Below, piece after piece: positions 20,607 to 31,100 of a DNA stretch of 64,000 bases. Position numbers and translations under genes: made by a program. The first letter of the stretch is position 1. Every line of letters begins with the position of its first letter. This DNA is from Pseudomonadota bacterium (GTDB taxonomy: Bacteria > Bdellovibrionota_C > UBA2361 > OMII01), in the NCBI GenBank assembly GCA_038134595.1, contig JAYPVM010000003.1:191729-255728 (forward strand). The letters are read 5' to 3'. Below the pieces are notes generated by a model, which had not been told where the DNA came from, did not search any database, and saw only the letters and a program-made list of their open reading frames with translations.

Positions 20607-21095
20607 ATGGAACTTATAGCAAAAGATATGGTCGTCTCGTTTCACTACACCCTTAAAAATGGCAAAGGAGACGTGTTGGATTCATCAGACGGAAGGGATC
20701 CTTTGTCATATCTACACGGCTACAATCAAATAGTATCAGGATTAGAAGCAGAGCTTTTGGGGAAGACCTCAGGCGCTGCATTTGACGTCGCGATCGCCGC
20801 AAAGGATGGATACGGCGAGCGAGTAGAGGAGATGGTTATTTCTGTTCCAAAAAGCGAATGGAATCTTCCAGAGGAAGTCGGTGCGGGTCAGGTCGTGGAG
20901 CTGCAAACACCAGAAGGTCAGGTAGTTCCCGCTCTTATCGTTGAGATTGGTGAAGAGTCGGTTAAGCTCGATGCAAACCACCCTCTTGCGGGCGAAGAGC
21001 TTCACTTCTCAATTGAAGTCACTGATGTTCGCAAGGCGACCAGTGAGGAATTAGAGCACGGACACGCACACGGACCCGGAGGTCATCAACACTAG
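20607..21095 (+). CDS. slyD: FKBP-type peptidyl-prolyl isomerase SlyD
   Basis: VVSFHYTL..G.VLDSS, DANHPLAG, His-rich tail EELEHGHAHGPGGHQH; GGAGA SD before ATG 20607. Confidence 0.95.
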   Translation: MELIAKDMVVSFHYTLKNGKGDVLDSSDGRDPLSYLHGYNQIVSGLEAELLGKTSGAAFDVAIAAKDGYGERVEEMVISVPKSEWNLPEEVGAGQVVELQTPEGQVVPALIVEIGEESVKLDANHPLAGEELHFSIEVTDVRKATSEELEHGHAHGPGGHQH

Positions 21096-21131
21096 TATCG
21101 TGTCGAGCTCGCGATGAGCTTATGAGGCGCT

Positions 21132-21362
21132 ATGGTAATTTCTCCCGACGAACTCTCTCCCGAAACGCTTCGTGCGATAGTTGAGGAGTTTGTAAGTAGG
21201 GAGGGCACTGATTATGGCCACAGCACATATACACTTGAATCAAAGGTGAGCGCTGTATTGCGGCAAATAGCCGATAGACGCGCGCTGGTGGTGTTTGATC
21301 CGGAAACTGAATCGTGCTCAATAGTTGATGCGTCTTTGGTTAATCAAAGTTCTAGCCGATAA
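21132..21362 (+). CDS. YheU family (UPF0270) protein
   Basis: LSPETLRAIVEEFVSREGTDYG...ESCSIV. Confidence 0.88.
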   Translation: MVISPDELSPETLRAIVEEFVSREGTDYGHSTYTLESKVSAVLRQIADRRALVVFDPETESCSIVDASLVNQSSSR

Positions 21363-21691
21363 GATGTTCCAATAGAAGGGAAGTATTGGCATTCGCGCAT
21401 TTGTCCTGATTGAGTGTTACTGCAACAAAGCGGCCGTTGGCAGATGCAGGTCCGTAAAATAGCGGCGCTTTGCTCGTATCAACGAACAGCTTTGGAGATA
21501 GCATTCTTAGACAAAGTGTTTTTTCACCGTTTAAACAAACGATGAGAGAAGGCTGTTTCCTCATGAACAAGAATTAGTAGTTATTCTTGTTCAGGGCACT
21601 AGAAAAAAAATTATAATCTATAGTATAATCGATCACCCGTTTACTTTCGTTGCGACTAGGATCTCGATACAAGAACAGATTACACATTACT

Positions 21692-22723
21692 ATGGCTGTC
21701 AGACAAAACAAAGAGCACTGGTGGGTTACCCTATCGGACACAGAGCTTTTGCGCGTGCCGATGTGCGAATTGAATTTATCCCTTCAGAATACGCAACTTC
21801 AATCGCGAACCGATACCATACGCACAGAGCTTAAAGCAAAAAACCTACGATTTAAGCCACACTACTGGCTCTCAGATGAATGGTTCTGTCCAGACGGTAT
21901 CCCAGGTATCGCGATACCGTTCTACCTTGCCCATCCCCGTCTTGAGCGATTGGAGCGCTCGCAGATGTTTGAGGTTGAGGGGGGAGATGAGGCGTGGTGT
22001 CTTAGGATTCTTCGGCATGAAGTCGGTCATGCAATAGAGAATGCGTTTAATATCAGACGTCGAAAAAAAAGGCAGAAGATGTTCGGGACAACATCCCTAC
22101 CATACCCCAAGTATTACAATCCACGGCCATACAGCAAGAGCTACGTATTGCACTTAGACTCAGGGTATGCACAAAGTCATCCGGATGAAGATTTTGCGGA
22201 GACGTTTGCTGTCTGGCTAGCTCCAAACTCTGATTGGCGCTCTCGGTATGTCGGATGGCCAGCTCTTCGTAAGCTTCGATATGTCGACGAGTTAATGTCT
22301 GAACTAGCAGGGGCCTCGCCTCCTGTTACAACGCGAAAAACTGTTGATCGTATCCAGACTCTTACAAAGACCCTCGGCGAGCATTACGAGAGTAGACGAA
22401 GTCATTATGCAAGTGAGCACCCGAGTTTCTATGATAAAGATCTTCGAGTTTTGTTTTCGGATGCTCCTGAATATAGAAAAAATAAACTGGCTAAACAGTT
22501 TATTCAACAGAAGAAAAGGCATCTTCGCGCAGTAGTATCTAGATGGACCGGAACATATCAATATATGATACAGAGGGTTCTGGATGCAATGACGGCTCGA
22601 TGTGATGACTTGGAGTTGAGATTAACGCATTCAGAGGAATACACGCTCGAGCAGTTTGGGGTTTTATTGACTGTTCAAACCATGAATTATCTCCACAGTG
22701 GACGCCATCGAGTAGCGCTATGA
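21692..22723 (+). CDS. Putative zinc-binding metallopeptidase (zincin)
   Basis: LRHEVGHA and YAQSHPDEDFAETFAVWL; 4-bp overlap with the next gene. Confidence 0.85.
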   Translation: MAVRQNKEHWWVTLSDTELLRVPMCELNLSLQNTQLQSRTDTIRTELKAKNLRFKPHYWLSDEWFCPDGIPGIAIPFYLAHPRLERLERSQMFEVEGGDEAWCLRILRHEVGHAIENAFNIRRRKKRQKMFGTTSLPYPKYYNPRPYSKSYVLHLDSGYAQSHPDEDFAETFAVWLAPNSDWRSRYVGWPALRKLRYVDELMSELAGASPPVTTRKTVDRIQTLTKTLGEHYESRRSHYASEHPSFYDKDLRVLFSDAPEYRKNKLAKQFIQQKKRHLRAVVSRWTGTYQYMIQRVLDAMTARCDDLELRLTHSEEYTLEQFGVLLTVQTMNYLHSGRHRVAL

Positions 22724-23736
22724 AACGACTGCGAGTACTATGCTTAGTCCATGAGACGCTGGTGCCCCCAGATTTACTATCAGTCGACGAGGATTTTCAC
22801 GATAAACCCTGGAGGACCGAGCGATACGTCTCTGATGCCTTGCATCGTCTAGGCCACACTGTAAAGATGTGCGGAGTCCAGTATGACCTTTCAGTTATCC
22901 GCAGTGCCATAGATGAATTTCGGCCCGATATAATCTTTAATCTTCTTGAAGAATTTCATGGCCAGCCTCTTTATGATCAGAATGTTGTTAGCTACCTCGA
23001 GCTTATCCCTCTCCCGTACACGGGGTGTAATCCACGAGGTATGATGTTAGCGAGAGATAAAGCGCTTACCCGTAAGGTGCTCTCATATCATCGGATACCG
23101 GGCCCTGATTTTGTCGTTTTTCCTCAAAGAACGAAGATAAAGCGACCGAAGAAACTAACGTTTCCGCTACTTGTGAAGTCTCAAGTCGAGGAAGCCTCTC
23201 TCGGTATATCGCAAAAGTCTGTGGTAACTTCAGACGAGGAGTTTGAGCAGAGAGTTGCATGGATGCATGAGCGCTATAAAACAGATGTTATTGTCGAGGA
23301 GTATATCGAAGGCAGGGAGTTGTATGTTGGTATGCTCGGTGACCAACGACTGCAAGTTTTTCCGATATGGGAGTTGGTTTTGGATAACATGCCGGACACC
23401 GCCCCGCACATAGCCACACGCAGAGTTAAGTGGGATCTAAAGTATCAGGAGAAGTACGGTATAATTTCTCAGAAAGCGGAAGGTCTTACCCCAGATCTAG
23501 AGAGGCGAATTATTTCTCTATCGAAACGAACGTATAGAGCATTGGGACTCACAGGGTACGGACGTATCGACTTAAGGGTTAATGGTGATGGGGGTGTATA
23601 TGTCATTGAGGCTAATCCAAACCCAGAGCTCGCTTATGGAGAGGATTTTGCTGATGCCTCTGCCTGTTACGGATGGGATTATGATACCCTCATCTCCCGA
23701 ATTCTTATTCAAGGTTTCAAGCGGAGTGCGCCGTGA
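22720..23736 (+). CDS. ATP-grasp ligase, D-Ala-D-Ala ligase-like
   Basis: DIIFNLLE, PYTGC, EEASLGIS, VEEYIEGRE, YGRIDLR, IEANPNP. Confidence 0.9.
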   Translation: MKRLRVLCLVHETLVPPDLLSVDEDFHDKPWRTERYVSDALHRLGHTVKMCGVQYDLSVIRSAIDEFRPDIIFNLLEEFHGQPLYDQNVVSYLELIPLPYTGCNPRGMMLARDKALTRKVLSYHRIPGPDFVVFPQRTKIKRPKKLTFPLLVKSQVEEASLGISQKSVVTSDEEFEQRVAWMHERYKTDVIVEEYIEGRELYVGMLGDQRLQVFPIWELVLDNMPDTAPHIATRRVKWDLKYQEKYGIISQKAEGLTPDLERRIISLSKRTYRALGLTGYGRIDLRVNGDGGVYVIEANPNPELAYGEDFADASACYGWDYDTLISRILIQGFKRSAP

Positions 23737-24134
23737 GAAAGGTAATACGAGTAGCAGGTGTGTTTCTCATTTGTTTTGGTGTCGTAGATGGTTATCGAAC
23801 GGCTCGGTTTGTTGAGACGTCGCAAGAAGTCCGGGCAACCGTCCAATCGGTTGAGCAGCTCCGGGGGCCCCCTAAGCCGAGACAGAAAACGCCAGTGCAT
23901 GTCGAGTTTGAACTACAAGATGGAAAGCGGGAACACGGTATTACCAACTTGCCTTTCGTGTATGCAGTTGAGATCGGTGACTCAATCCCAGTTTTGGTTC
24001 AAGCCGGGAATCCTTCGCGGATAAAGCTAAACCTCTGGTCTGAGTTGTGGGCAAGTTGCCTGACGTACACCGTTGGCGGTGTCTTAGTGCTTGTTGTAAG
24101 CGCTACACTTTCGCACAAGCGGTGGCGGAGTTAG
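23733..24134 (+). CDS. DUF3592-like small membrane protein
   Basis: Two terminal TM helices around an OB-like segment (ATVQSV...VEF...IGDSIPVLVQAGNP). Confidence 0.6.
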   Translation: MRKVIRVAGVFLICFGVVDGYRTARFVETSQEVRATVQSVEQLRGPPKPRQKTPVHVEFELQDGKREHGITNLPFVYAVEIGDSIPVLVQAGNPSRIKLNLWSELWASCLTYTVGGVLVLVVSATLSHKRWRS

Positions 24135-24143
24135 GTCATTTCG

Positions 24144-25994
24144 CTAGGTGATATCAATAGTCTGGCGAGGACTGTACCGACTCTTCGACTCGATAGTAGT
24201 TGAAGATCCGCTACCCGATTTTTTTATTACCCGGTAGCGAACAACATATCGGCCCGGAGCTAACCGGCGGATGGTAGCCGAGTTGTTGCGAGACTTCCTA
24301 AATCGCTTCCGTTTGTTGCCAGTCTTTTTTCTTATCTCCAAGTGATACTCTAGCCGGCTCCGGGCTTGTGCATCTACACTGCCGTCTGTCGCACCGGATG
24401 TATTGAGGTCTTCAAACTCTTGGAAGGTAAAGGTGACCTTTGAGCCTGATGCGCCTGAGTCCGTAGGCGCAACAGCTACGTCTGGTGGAGCCTCAATAGG
24501 TGCTTTCTTTTCGAACTTTGGCTTGGGCGGTGAAAGCTCGTTTAAGAATATATTAGAGTACCCATTCACATTAGAGCCAGATAGAGTTAGGTTGGTAGAC
24601 TTTGACTGGAATGTAGCCAGAAGAACCGGGTCGTTAAAACCCCTTCCTGTTAGCGTTAGAGAAGGATGTCCACCTCCAGTAGGCGGTAACCCACTGTCAT
24701 CATCACTAGCCTCACCACCTCCGGTTACACTAGTTCGTACAAGAGCTTCCGAAACAAGAGACTTAACGTAGGTTTGTACCTTTCCGTTTGTCGAGGAGTC
24801 GGTCAAGTTTGTGCCGTTATCAGCAAACGCAACAAATTTTCCAGATGGATGTACGGCTACCGAATATGCACCGCCGTTACTCGGCTCCTTTAAAGCGGAA
24901 CGATTTGCCTGTACGATTCCCTTAAATCCAGCTCGTTTTACGAGCACTCTTTTAGTGCCGACTTGGCCGGGCCCTCCTAGGTTGGTAGCCTCAGAAACAA
25001 AAGCGACGGTGCCGCCGCTAAACGATATCGCAGGACCTTTAGAATCGCGGTTTCCAGGCAACCCAAACTTATCTTTAGTTATAAGTGCCGAAGTCTCTTT
25101 GACCCGATTGAAACGATAGATTTGAAAGTGTCGTTGGGTTTGCTCAACGGGTATCTCAGGAACAATTCGAGCATCACTCGATACAACGACAAACTTACCG
25201 TCCCCACTAAGAACCGGGCTTCTAACGTGTCCGTCAAGCAGCCCATGTGGATTGCCGTTGTGGGGCACGACCTTAGATGCCACCTTCATGTTGGTTACAG
25301 CAGGTCCTGTCTCGGCTAATATGACGGTAGCGATAAATACGGTACTAAAGTCTCCGAGACTGTCGTTTGGACCAAATGTAGGACTTAGGTTTGTAGCCTT
25401 CGACGTAAACGCGACAATAAAGCGATCTGGGTTTGGAAGAGCGGCGATCGAAATCTCGCCACAGTCCGCATTTGCAAATTCTCCATTAGGATTAGTCGAA
25501 ACGAGCACAGTCTTTTGTAGCGAGGGGATACGCAAATAGACTTGATTAAACTCCCCGCCGTATTCAACCTGCGTGAGATCCGTTGCGTTTGAAGTAAAAG
25601 CTACGCCGTAGAGCCCATTTGGGAGAACCGGGCTGATCGCTGGAGAGTCGGTCCTGACGTTTGTATTGGCAGAGAAATCCTCTGTATCAGATTTAGCGCT
25701 TGCTAGGCTAAAGCCCGAACCAGGCTCATAGGTGTAGATGTTTGGTTGGCTGGTATGAGTGGTATTCAATACGTTTGTGGCTTCAGCGCGAAAAGCATAA
25801 ATCTCCTTATTGGGCGAGACGACTGGCTCCATGGCGCTACCGTTTATTTCATCACCGTTATCTCGTACGGTAATCTGGGTTGCGCCCGAAGAGGTAAACT
25901 GAGCTTCTGCATCAAGTAGAAAACTGAGCGGACAAAACAAAGCTGCAAAGACAAGTTTAGTAAGGGTAGCTCTGGCAGGCCTCGATTTGCTCAT
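24144..25994 (-). CDS. Secreted TolB/PD40-like beta-propeller protein with basic C-terminal domain
   Basis: Signal peptide ending AEA; repeated P(A/V)(I/L)S..G..VAF.S.ATNL blades; K/R-rich FN3-like tail. Confidence 0.8.
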   Translation of the reverse strand: MSKSRPARATLTKLVFAALFCPLSFLLDAEAQFTSSGATQITVRDNGDEINGSAMEPVVSPNKEIYAFRAEATNVLNTTHTSQPNIYTYEPGSGFSLASAKSDTEDFSANTNVRTDSPAISPVLPNGLYGVAFTSNATDLTQVEYGGEFNQVYLRIPSLQKTVLVSTNPNGEFANADCGEISIAALPNPDRFIVAFTSKATNLSPTFGPNDSLGDFSTVFIATVILAETGPAVTNMKVASKVVPHNGNPHGLLDGHVRSPVLSGDGKFVVVSSDARIVPEIPVEQTQRHFQIYRFNRVKETSALITKDKFGLPGNRDSKGPAISFSGGTVAFVSEATNLGGPGQVGTKRVLVKRAGFKGIVQANRSALKEPSNGGAYSVAVHPSGKFVAFADNGTNLTDSSTNGKVQTYVKSLVSEALVRTSVTGGGEASDDDSGLPPTGGGHPSLTLTGRGFNDPVLLATFQSKSTNLTLSGSNVNGYSNIFLNELSPPKPKFEKKAPIEAPPDVAVAPTDSGASGSKVTFTFQEFEDLNTSGATDGSVDAQARSRLEYHLEIRKKTGNKRKRFRKSRNNSATIRRLAPGRYVVRYRVIKKSGSGSSTTIESKSRYSPRQTIDIT

Positions 25995-26004
25995 ACTGTT
26001 TTTC

Positions 26005-27984
26005 TCATTTTGACTCAAAATCAATCTCTCCCTCCCATCCAGATTCAGGCTCGCCTGTTGTGTACTCAATGCAAAGACCGGCGTAGAGTTTACAAGCGGT
26101 TGTAAGTCTTATTTCATCACCCGCAAGTGAGTCAAACTCGACTTGTGCCGCGGCAAACGACCGCTTGCTAAACTGTTCCACTGCATTGTTCCATCGGTCA
26201 AGTACAGAATTCTCTAAAGGTGGTGAAAATAGCGAAAATAACTCTACAGGCTCCCGCCGTCCTTTTACCCTCACGACGGCTATTTTGACGGCTTCTGCGA
26301 TTCCTCCAGCGTCTTTTCTGGTGGATTCAGTTAAGAGTATAGTTGTTCCAAGGTATTTATTTAACCCTTCGATTCGAGATGCGAGATTTACTGAGTCACC
26401 AATAGCAGTGTAGTCGAAGCGTTTCTTCGATCCTAGATTTCCAACAAGCATCGGCCCTGTATGAACTCCGATTCTGGTCTTAAGAGCTGGAAATCGCTGT
26501 GTTTGGTTAAACTTATCGACACCCTCTTGGATAGCGAGTGCGGTGCGGGTCGCCATTTCGGCGTGGTTCTGAATCTTTACGGGAGCCCCCCAGATGGCGA
26601 ATATGGCATCCCCGATAAATTTAAGGAGTGTGCCTTGATTTGCAAAGACGACATCCATTACCTCGGTAAAGTACGCATTGAGCATCTCAGAGGTTTTCTC
26701 CGCCGGCATGTTCTCACTAATTGAGGTGAAATCCGCGATATCTGTAAACATCGCCGTCACCCACATCTTTTCGCCGCCAAGTTTTAAGCTGCTGTCGCCT
26801 GCATCTAATTTAGGAACCATGTCAGGAGACAGGTATAGAGAAAAGGCCGAACGAAGGGCCTCCTCAGACTTCTTCGATGCGACGTACGACACTACTGCGC
26901 TTACAAGTACGATAAGAGGAAGAATTATCAGAACAACTACCGCGCCGCCGATAAAAAGCCCCGCCTTGAGAGAAAGCAGAGACGTTAGCATCCAGCTGAC
27001 TATAATTATCCCTGTGACTACCGATAAAACTATCGGCGAGAAGGTCAGCGCTATTAGGGTAACTGCTCCTGTAACAAGGCTCTGACTAAGAACCTCTAGC
27101 CCCCGAGCGGGTCGTTTTATCCACGAGTTGCTTAGTAGGTTACCTGCGATTGTAGCATGAATTTCGACTCCAAATATCATATCCCCACCAAACGGTGAAA
27201 GGTACGAGTCCTTTTGAGCCACGCCCGTATCTGACCGAAGAAGGAGCCCGACAAACACAATTGCATCCTTAAACGATGCCTCCTCTTTGGCAGACATCCG
27301 TTCAAACATCTCCCAGTAGCTTACAATGCGAGCGTTTTCGCGTGCCGATCCAAAGTAGCGAATCAGATCTCGCTTTCCGGGGAGCTCTCGAGCATCGTCG
27401 AGGGATATATCCGCGGCGGCGAAAGATAGAAAGGGATATCTCTTGGTTTGATCGCTCGTAGGAAACGGAAAGGTCCGGATAAACCCGTCTGAGGTATTCA
27501 TATCGAGATTTACCAAAGCCTGCTCGGTAACATTTCGAAACTCGTCGTAGGGTTGATCGAGTTCCTCGATCACAATGCCACCCCCTTGTTTTGCGATAGT
27601 TTTCTTGATGGCTTCAACGCCAATAATCGAATGGGTGGCTTTAAAGGCATCAATGAGCTCTTGATCTACCACCGCATCAGACCCCGGACCGGTAAACAGG
27701 ACATCAAATGCTACCGACTTGACACTGAGTTCCTTAAGGCGCCGAAGCAGTTTCGCGTGAAGCGCCCGAGGCCACGGCTTGTCGAATCCTACATTGAGCT
27801 CCCGATAGCTAGGCTCATCAATGGCGATGACAATAATATTCTTACGGGGGCGTGATTTTCCAAGGATTCTTGTAAATTGGTCCGAAACAGCAAGATCTAT
27901 TCGTTCGACAAATGAAAACGAACAAAGTATCGCACAGAACAAGATAGCGCCGAAACAAATCCCTAGTTTTGCAAACTTTCCCAT
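26005..27984 (-). CDS. CHASE2-domain class III adenylate/guanylate cyclase
   Basis: IIVIAIDEPS..PWPRALHA..AFDVLF, GVEIHA, three TMs, MFTDIADFT, KFIGDAI, DYTAIGDSVNLASRIEG, VKGR; K/D residues suggest ATP specificity. Confidence 0.93.
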   Translation of the reverse strand: MGKFAKLGICFGAILFCAILCSFSFVERIDLAVSDQFTRILGKSRPRKNIIVIAIDEPSYRELNVGFDKPWPRALHAKLLRRLKELSVKSVAFDVLFTGPGSDAVVDQELIDAFKATHSIIGVEAIKKTIAKQGGGIVIEELDQPYDEFRNVTEQALVNLDMNTSDGFIRTFPFPTSDQTKRYPFLSFAAADISLDDARELPGKRDLIRYFGSARENARIVSYWEMFERMSAKEEASFKDAIVFVGLLLRSDTGVAQKDSYLSPFGGDMIFGVEIHATIAGNLLSNSWIKRPARGLEVLSQSLVTGAVTLIALTFSPIVLSVVTGIIIVSWMLTSLLSLKAGLFIGGAVVVLIILPLIVLVSAVVSYVASKKSEEALRSAFSLYLSPDMVPKLDAGDSSLKLGGEKMWVTAMFTDIADFTSISENMPAEKTSEMLNAYFTEVMDVVFANQGTLLKFIGDAIFAIWGAPVKIQNHAEMATRTALAIQEGVDKFNQTQRFPALKTRIGVHTGPMLVGNLGSKKRFDYTAIGDSVNLASRIEGLNKYLGTTILLTESTRKDAGGIAEAVKIAVVRVKGRREPVELFSLFSPPLENSVLDRWNNAVEQFSKRSFAAAQVEFDSLAGDEIRLTTACKLYAGLCIEYTTGEPESGWEGEIDFESK

Positions 27985-28135
27985 GTGATAACTTCTATCA
28001 CTTTGAGGAGGTTTCTAACACCAGGAAAATCCCGCCAAATCTCTCCATGTTGCAGTGGGAATTCGTTTTTTTTTGGGTTGGAAGGTTTGCGCTTTGAGGG
28101 TATCGTTTTGCAAGAACACTATTGGGAGTTTGTCT

Positions 28136-31100
28136 ATGAACCATCGGTCGATTGCTTTTATTTTTCCAATTGCACTACTTCTTAGTGCGTTCGTGCCGCA
28201 GGCCTTTTCACAGCAATCAGCTGGTAGCATTTTTTCTGTGCAGGGTGAGGTGTCGATTGAGCGGGGTGCGAAGCGGTTTCCGGCAGAGGAGGGGTTTTCT
28301 CTGCGAGCCGGAGATATTGTGATGACGGGGGAGCCCGGCAGGGTCGCTGTGGAGCTTCCAGATGGCTCGTATGTTCGAATTGCGAGCGGCTCAAGGATGC
28401 AGTTGCCTGGAGAGAAAGAAACATTAGGACTTTTCGAGGGTGCATTGCACTTTCTAAGCCATTCAGAGAAGCACCCTGTGATAGAAACCCAGACCGTGAC
28501 CGCCGCTATTCGAGGTACGGAATTTGTTCTTACCAGCTCAGGTGAAGACACGACTATATCGATGCTCTCTGGTGTCGTTGATGCTATATCCAAGCATGGC
28601 TCAGCGCATCTTAAGGGCGGAGAAGGGGTGTCTTTTCATTCCGGTAAGGGGCCCGATGTGTTTTCTATTGTAGGCGGTGACAATAAAGTTCAATGGAGCA
28701 TGTTCGTCCCGTTTGTCCCTGGAGATCTAAAAAGCAAAAGAGGTAGAGATGCTGTCGACATATTTATGTCAGGTGGTAGTGGTTCTTCTCGGGCTCTTGG
28801 AGCCTTAAAGTCAATCAGTAGTCGAAAGCCGTGTTCTGAGGAGGGCGTATTGTACGCTCGCTTGCTTCTATCTTCGGGAGCACCCGAAAAGGGCCGAACT
28901 ATTCTTTTGAGCTGTCTAGCCAAGAAGATGCCCAGCAGGTTAGAAGTACAAGCGCGGGCATCTCTTGCTCAATTTTTCCTCGCCAACAGCGATCTGGCCA
29001 AGGCAGACGACTTTTCGAGCTCTGCACTTGATATAGCGACAACGGACACTTTGGCCCGACTCGTTCGTTCATTTGTTCTCCAGCAGAGGGGAGACCTTAC
29101 TGGCGCATTGTCGCTGGTTGAGGGGAGCTCCGAAGAGGAACTTCAGGCGCGGGAGGCTGAGGTGTTGTTTATGTTTGGTCGAATTTCTGAGGCTGAAGAT
29201 ATTCTGGCCCGCATGACAGAGTCGTCGTGGTACACCGAAACACTCAAAGGCTTTCTGGCCCTTGCTAATCGCGACACAACGGCTGCTGAAACACTTTTTG
29301 AGAGCGCAGCCGCCCTAGAATCAGGTGCTGGCCTCCCGCAGTTGGGTCTCGGACTTGTCGCTGCTGGTCGGGGTGAGTTGTTAGAAGCTCGTAGTTTTTT
29401 CGAGAAGGCAACTGTCTTGGAGCCATCTCGGGCACTGTATAGAAGTTACCTTGGAAAGGCTTACTTCGAGGCTGATACATACAGCGGCGCTAAGCCTGAG
29501 CTTGCGCGGGCAATAGAGCTTGATCCTAATGACCCAACGCCTCATCTCTACAGAAGTTTTCTCCGGGTTGCTGAAAATGATTTAGTTGGTGCGTTGGATG
29601 ACATTACGGAGGCTCGTAAGTTGGCAGGAGCAAGGAGTGTGTATCGTTCGAAGTTTTTGCTCGACCAGGATAGCGCCATGCAAAGTGCTTCTATTGGGCG
29701 TGTTTATCAACAGCTAGGATTTAAAGAAAGAGGCCGCATTGAAGCCCTGACGGCGATTAGCTCAGATTATCAAAATGCTACCGCACACCGTTTGTTGTCT
29801 CAAACGCAAGAAGATATATTTGTAGCAGACACTATCGCTTCGGAGCAAAGGATCGCAAACCTGTTTTCGCCGCTTAGTATAAATGTCGTCGATTCGATCG
29901 GGACTAATGTGTCGCTCAATGAGTATTCTCAACTGTTTGAGGCTGATGGAGTCAGGACGGCGACAAATACTTTCTACGATTCAAAGGATGACTTCGTAAA
30001 AACTGGTATTCTAACAGCAATTAAAGATGGTAACACGGTTGTGGGACTAAGTGCTGACGGAGCGGTTAGAGATGGGGCGTCGGAGAAGCCTCGCACTACT
30101 GCCGGTACCTTTGGTTTCTCTGTTCAATCACAACCGTCGTGGGCTGACCGTCTCCTGCTTGAAGGAAAAGGGATATTCACAGGCTCGTCCGATCCCGACG
30201 AGACGACCGATTCGTTAAACGGAAACATTAGCGCGGCCTATTTGCATCGCTTCTCTCCAGAGGTCACAGGAGTTATTCAGAGCTCGTTTGATAGAGAGCG
30301 GGTACAGTATTACAACCGCGGATATGAGGATCTGTTTTTCTCCACTGTGGTTTTGGATGGAATAGAAGATACGGCTCTCATAAACGGATTTTTTGACGAA
30401 CGCACCCGCCGATATGAATCAACGATTCTCAATGAAGGGCAGCTTATCGCGAAAACGGGTGCAGTAAGCTCGGTTTTAACCCTTCGCAATATTACTAATA
30501 ACGTAGATGCTTATTCGAAAAGTGAGATATTTGAGGACGACTTTGGAGAGCTTGACGGGCTAGGGGCAACACTTCGAAGTAACGGCCCGGTAAACTTGAA
30601 CGGAAATTCAGTTTCGTATCTGGGAACACTCTCTGCCACTGAGTCACTTCAACTCCAATTGGGTGGGGAATTTGAATCGATTGAGTGGGCGAGCCAGGAC
30701 ATCAGCCCTCTTTCATCGGATTCTACGAGTCGCTCTCTGTGGAGCCCTAAGGCAGGACTTATCTACAATCTTGATAACGAAGTTGCTTTTCGTGCCGGGT
30801 ACGGTGAGAGCTTAGGAAAAACAACTCGAACAGACCTTATCAGTATCGAACCAACGCATGTTGGCGGAATAAATCAGCGCTTTAACGACTTACCCGGAAC
30901 CCGTTCGAGAAATTTCGGCCTCGGTTTAGATTTGAACCCCCGAAAAGATTGGTTCGCAGGGGCCGAATGGACCCGTCGTTGGTTGCGTGAAAATAGGTCT
31001 GAGGCTCTGTATGAGTATACCGTTGACCTCGATGAGGGAAGGGGATTTGGTGGCGTCGACTTAGGAGAAAACTACAACACGCCTATAGGTCAGGACTTTT

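Noticed and set aside
28015..28593. Long antisense ORFs in the track (for example 28015-28593, 10898-11437, 51518-51994, 39488-39910)
   Set aside because: They overlap better-supported genes on the opposite strand and carry no recognisable motifs.
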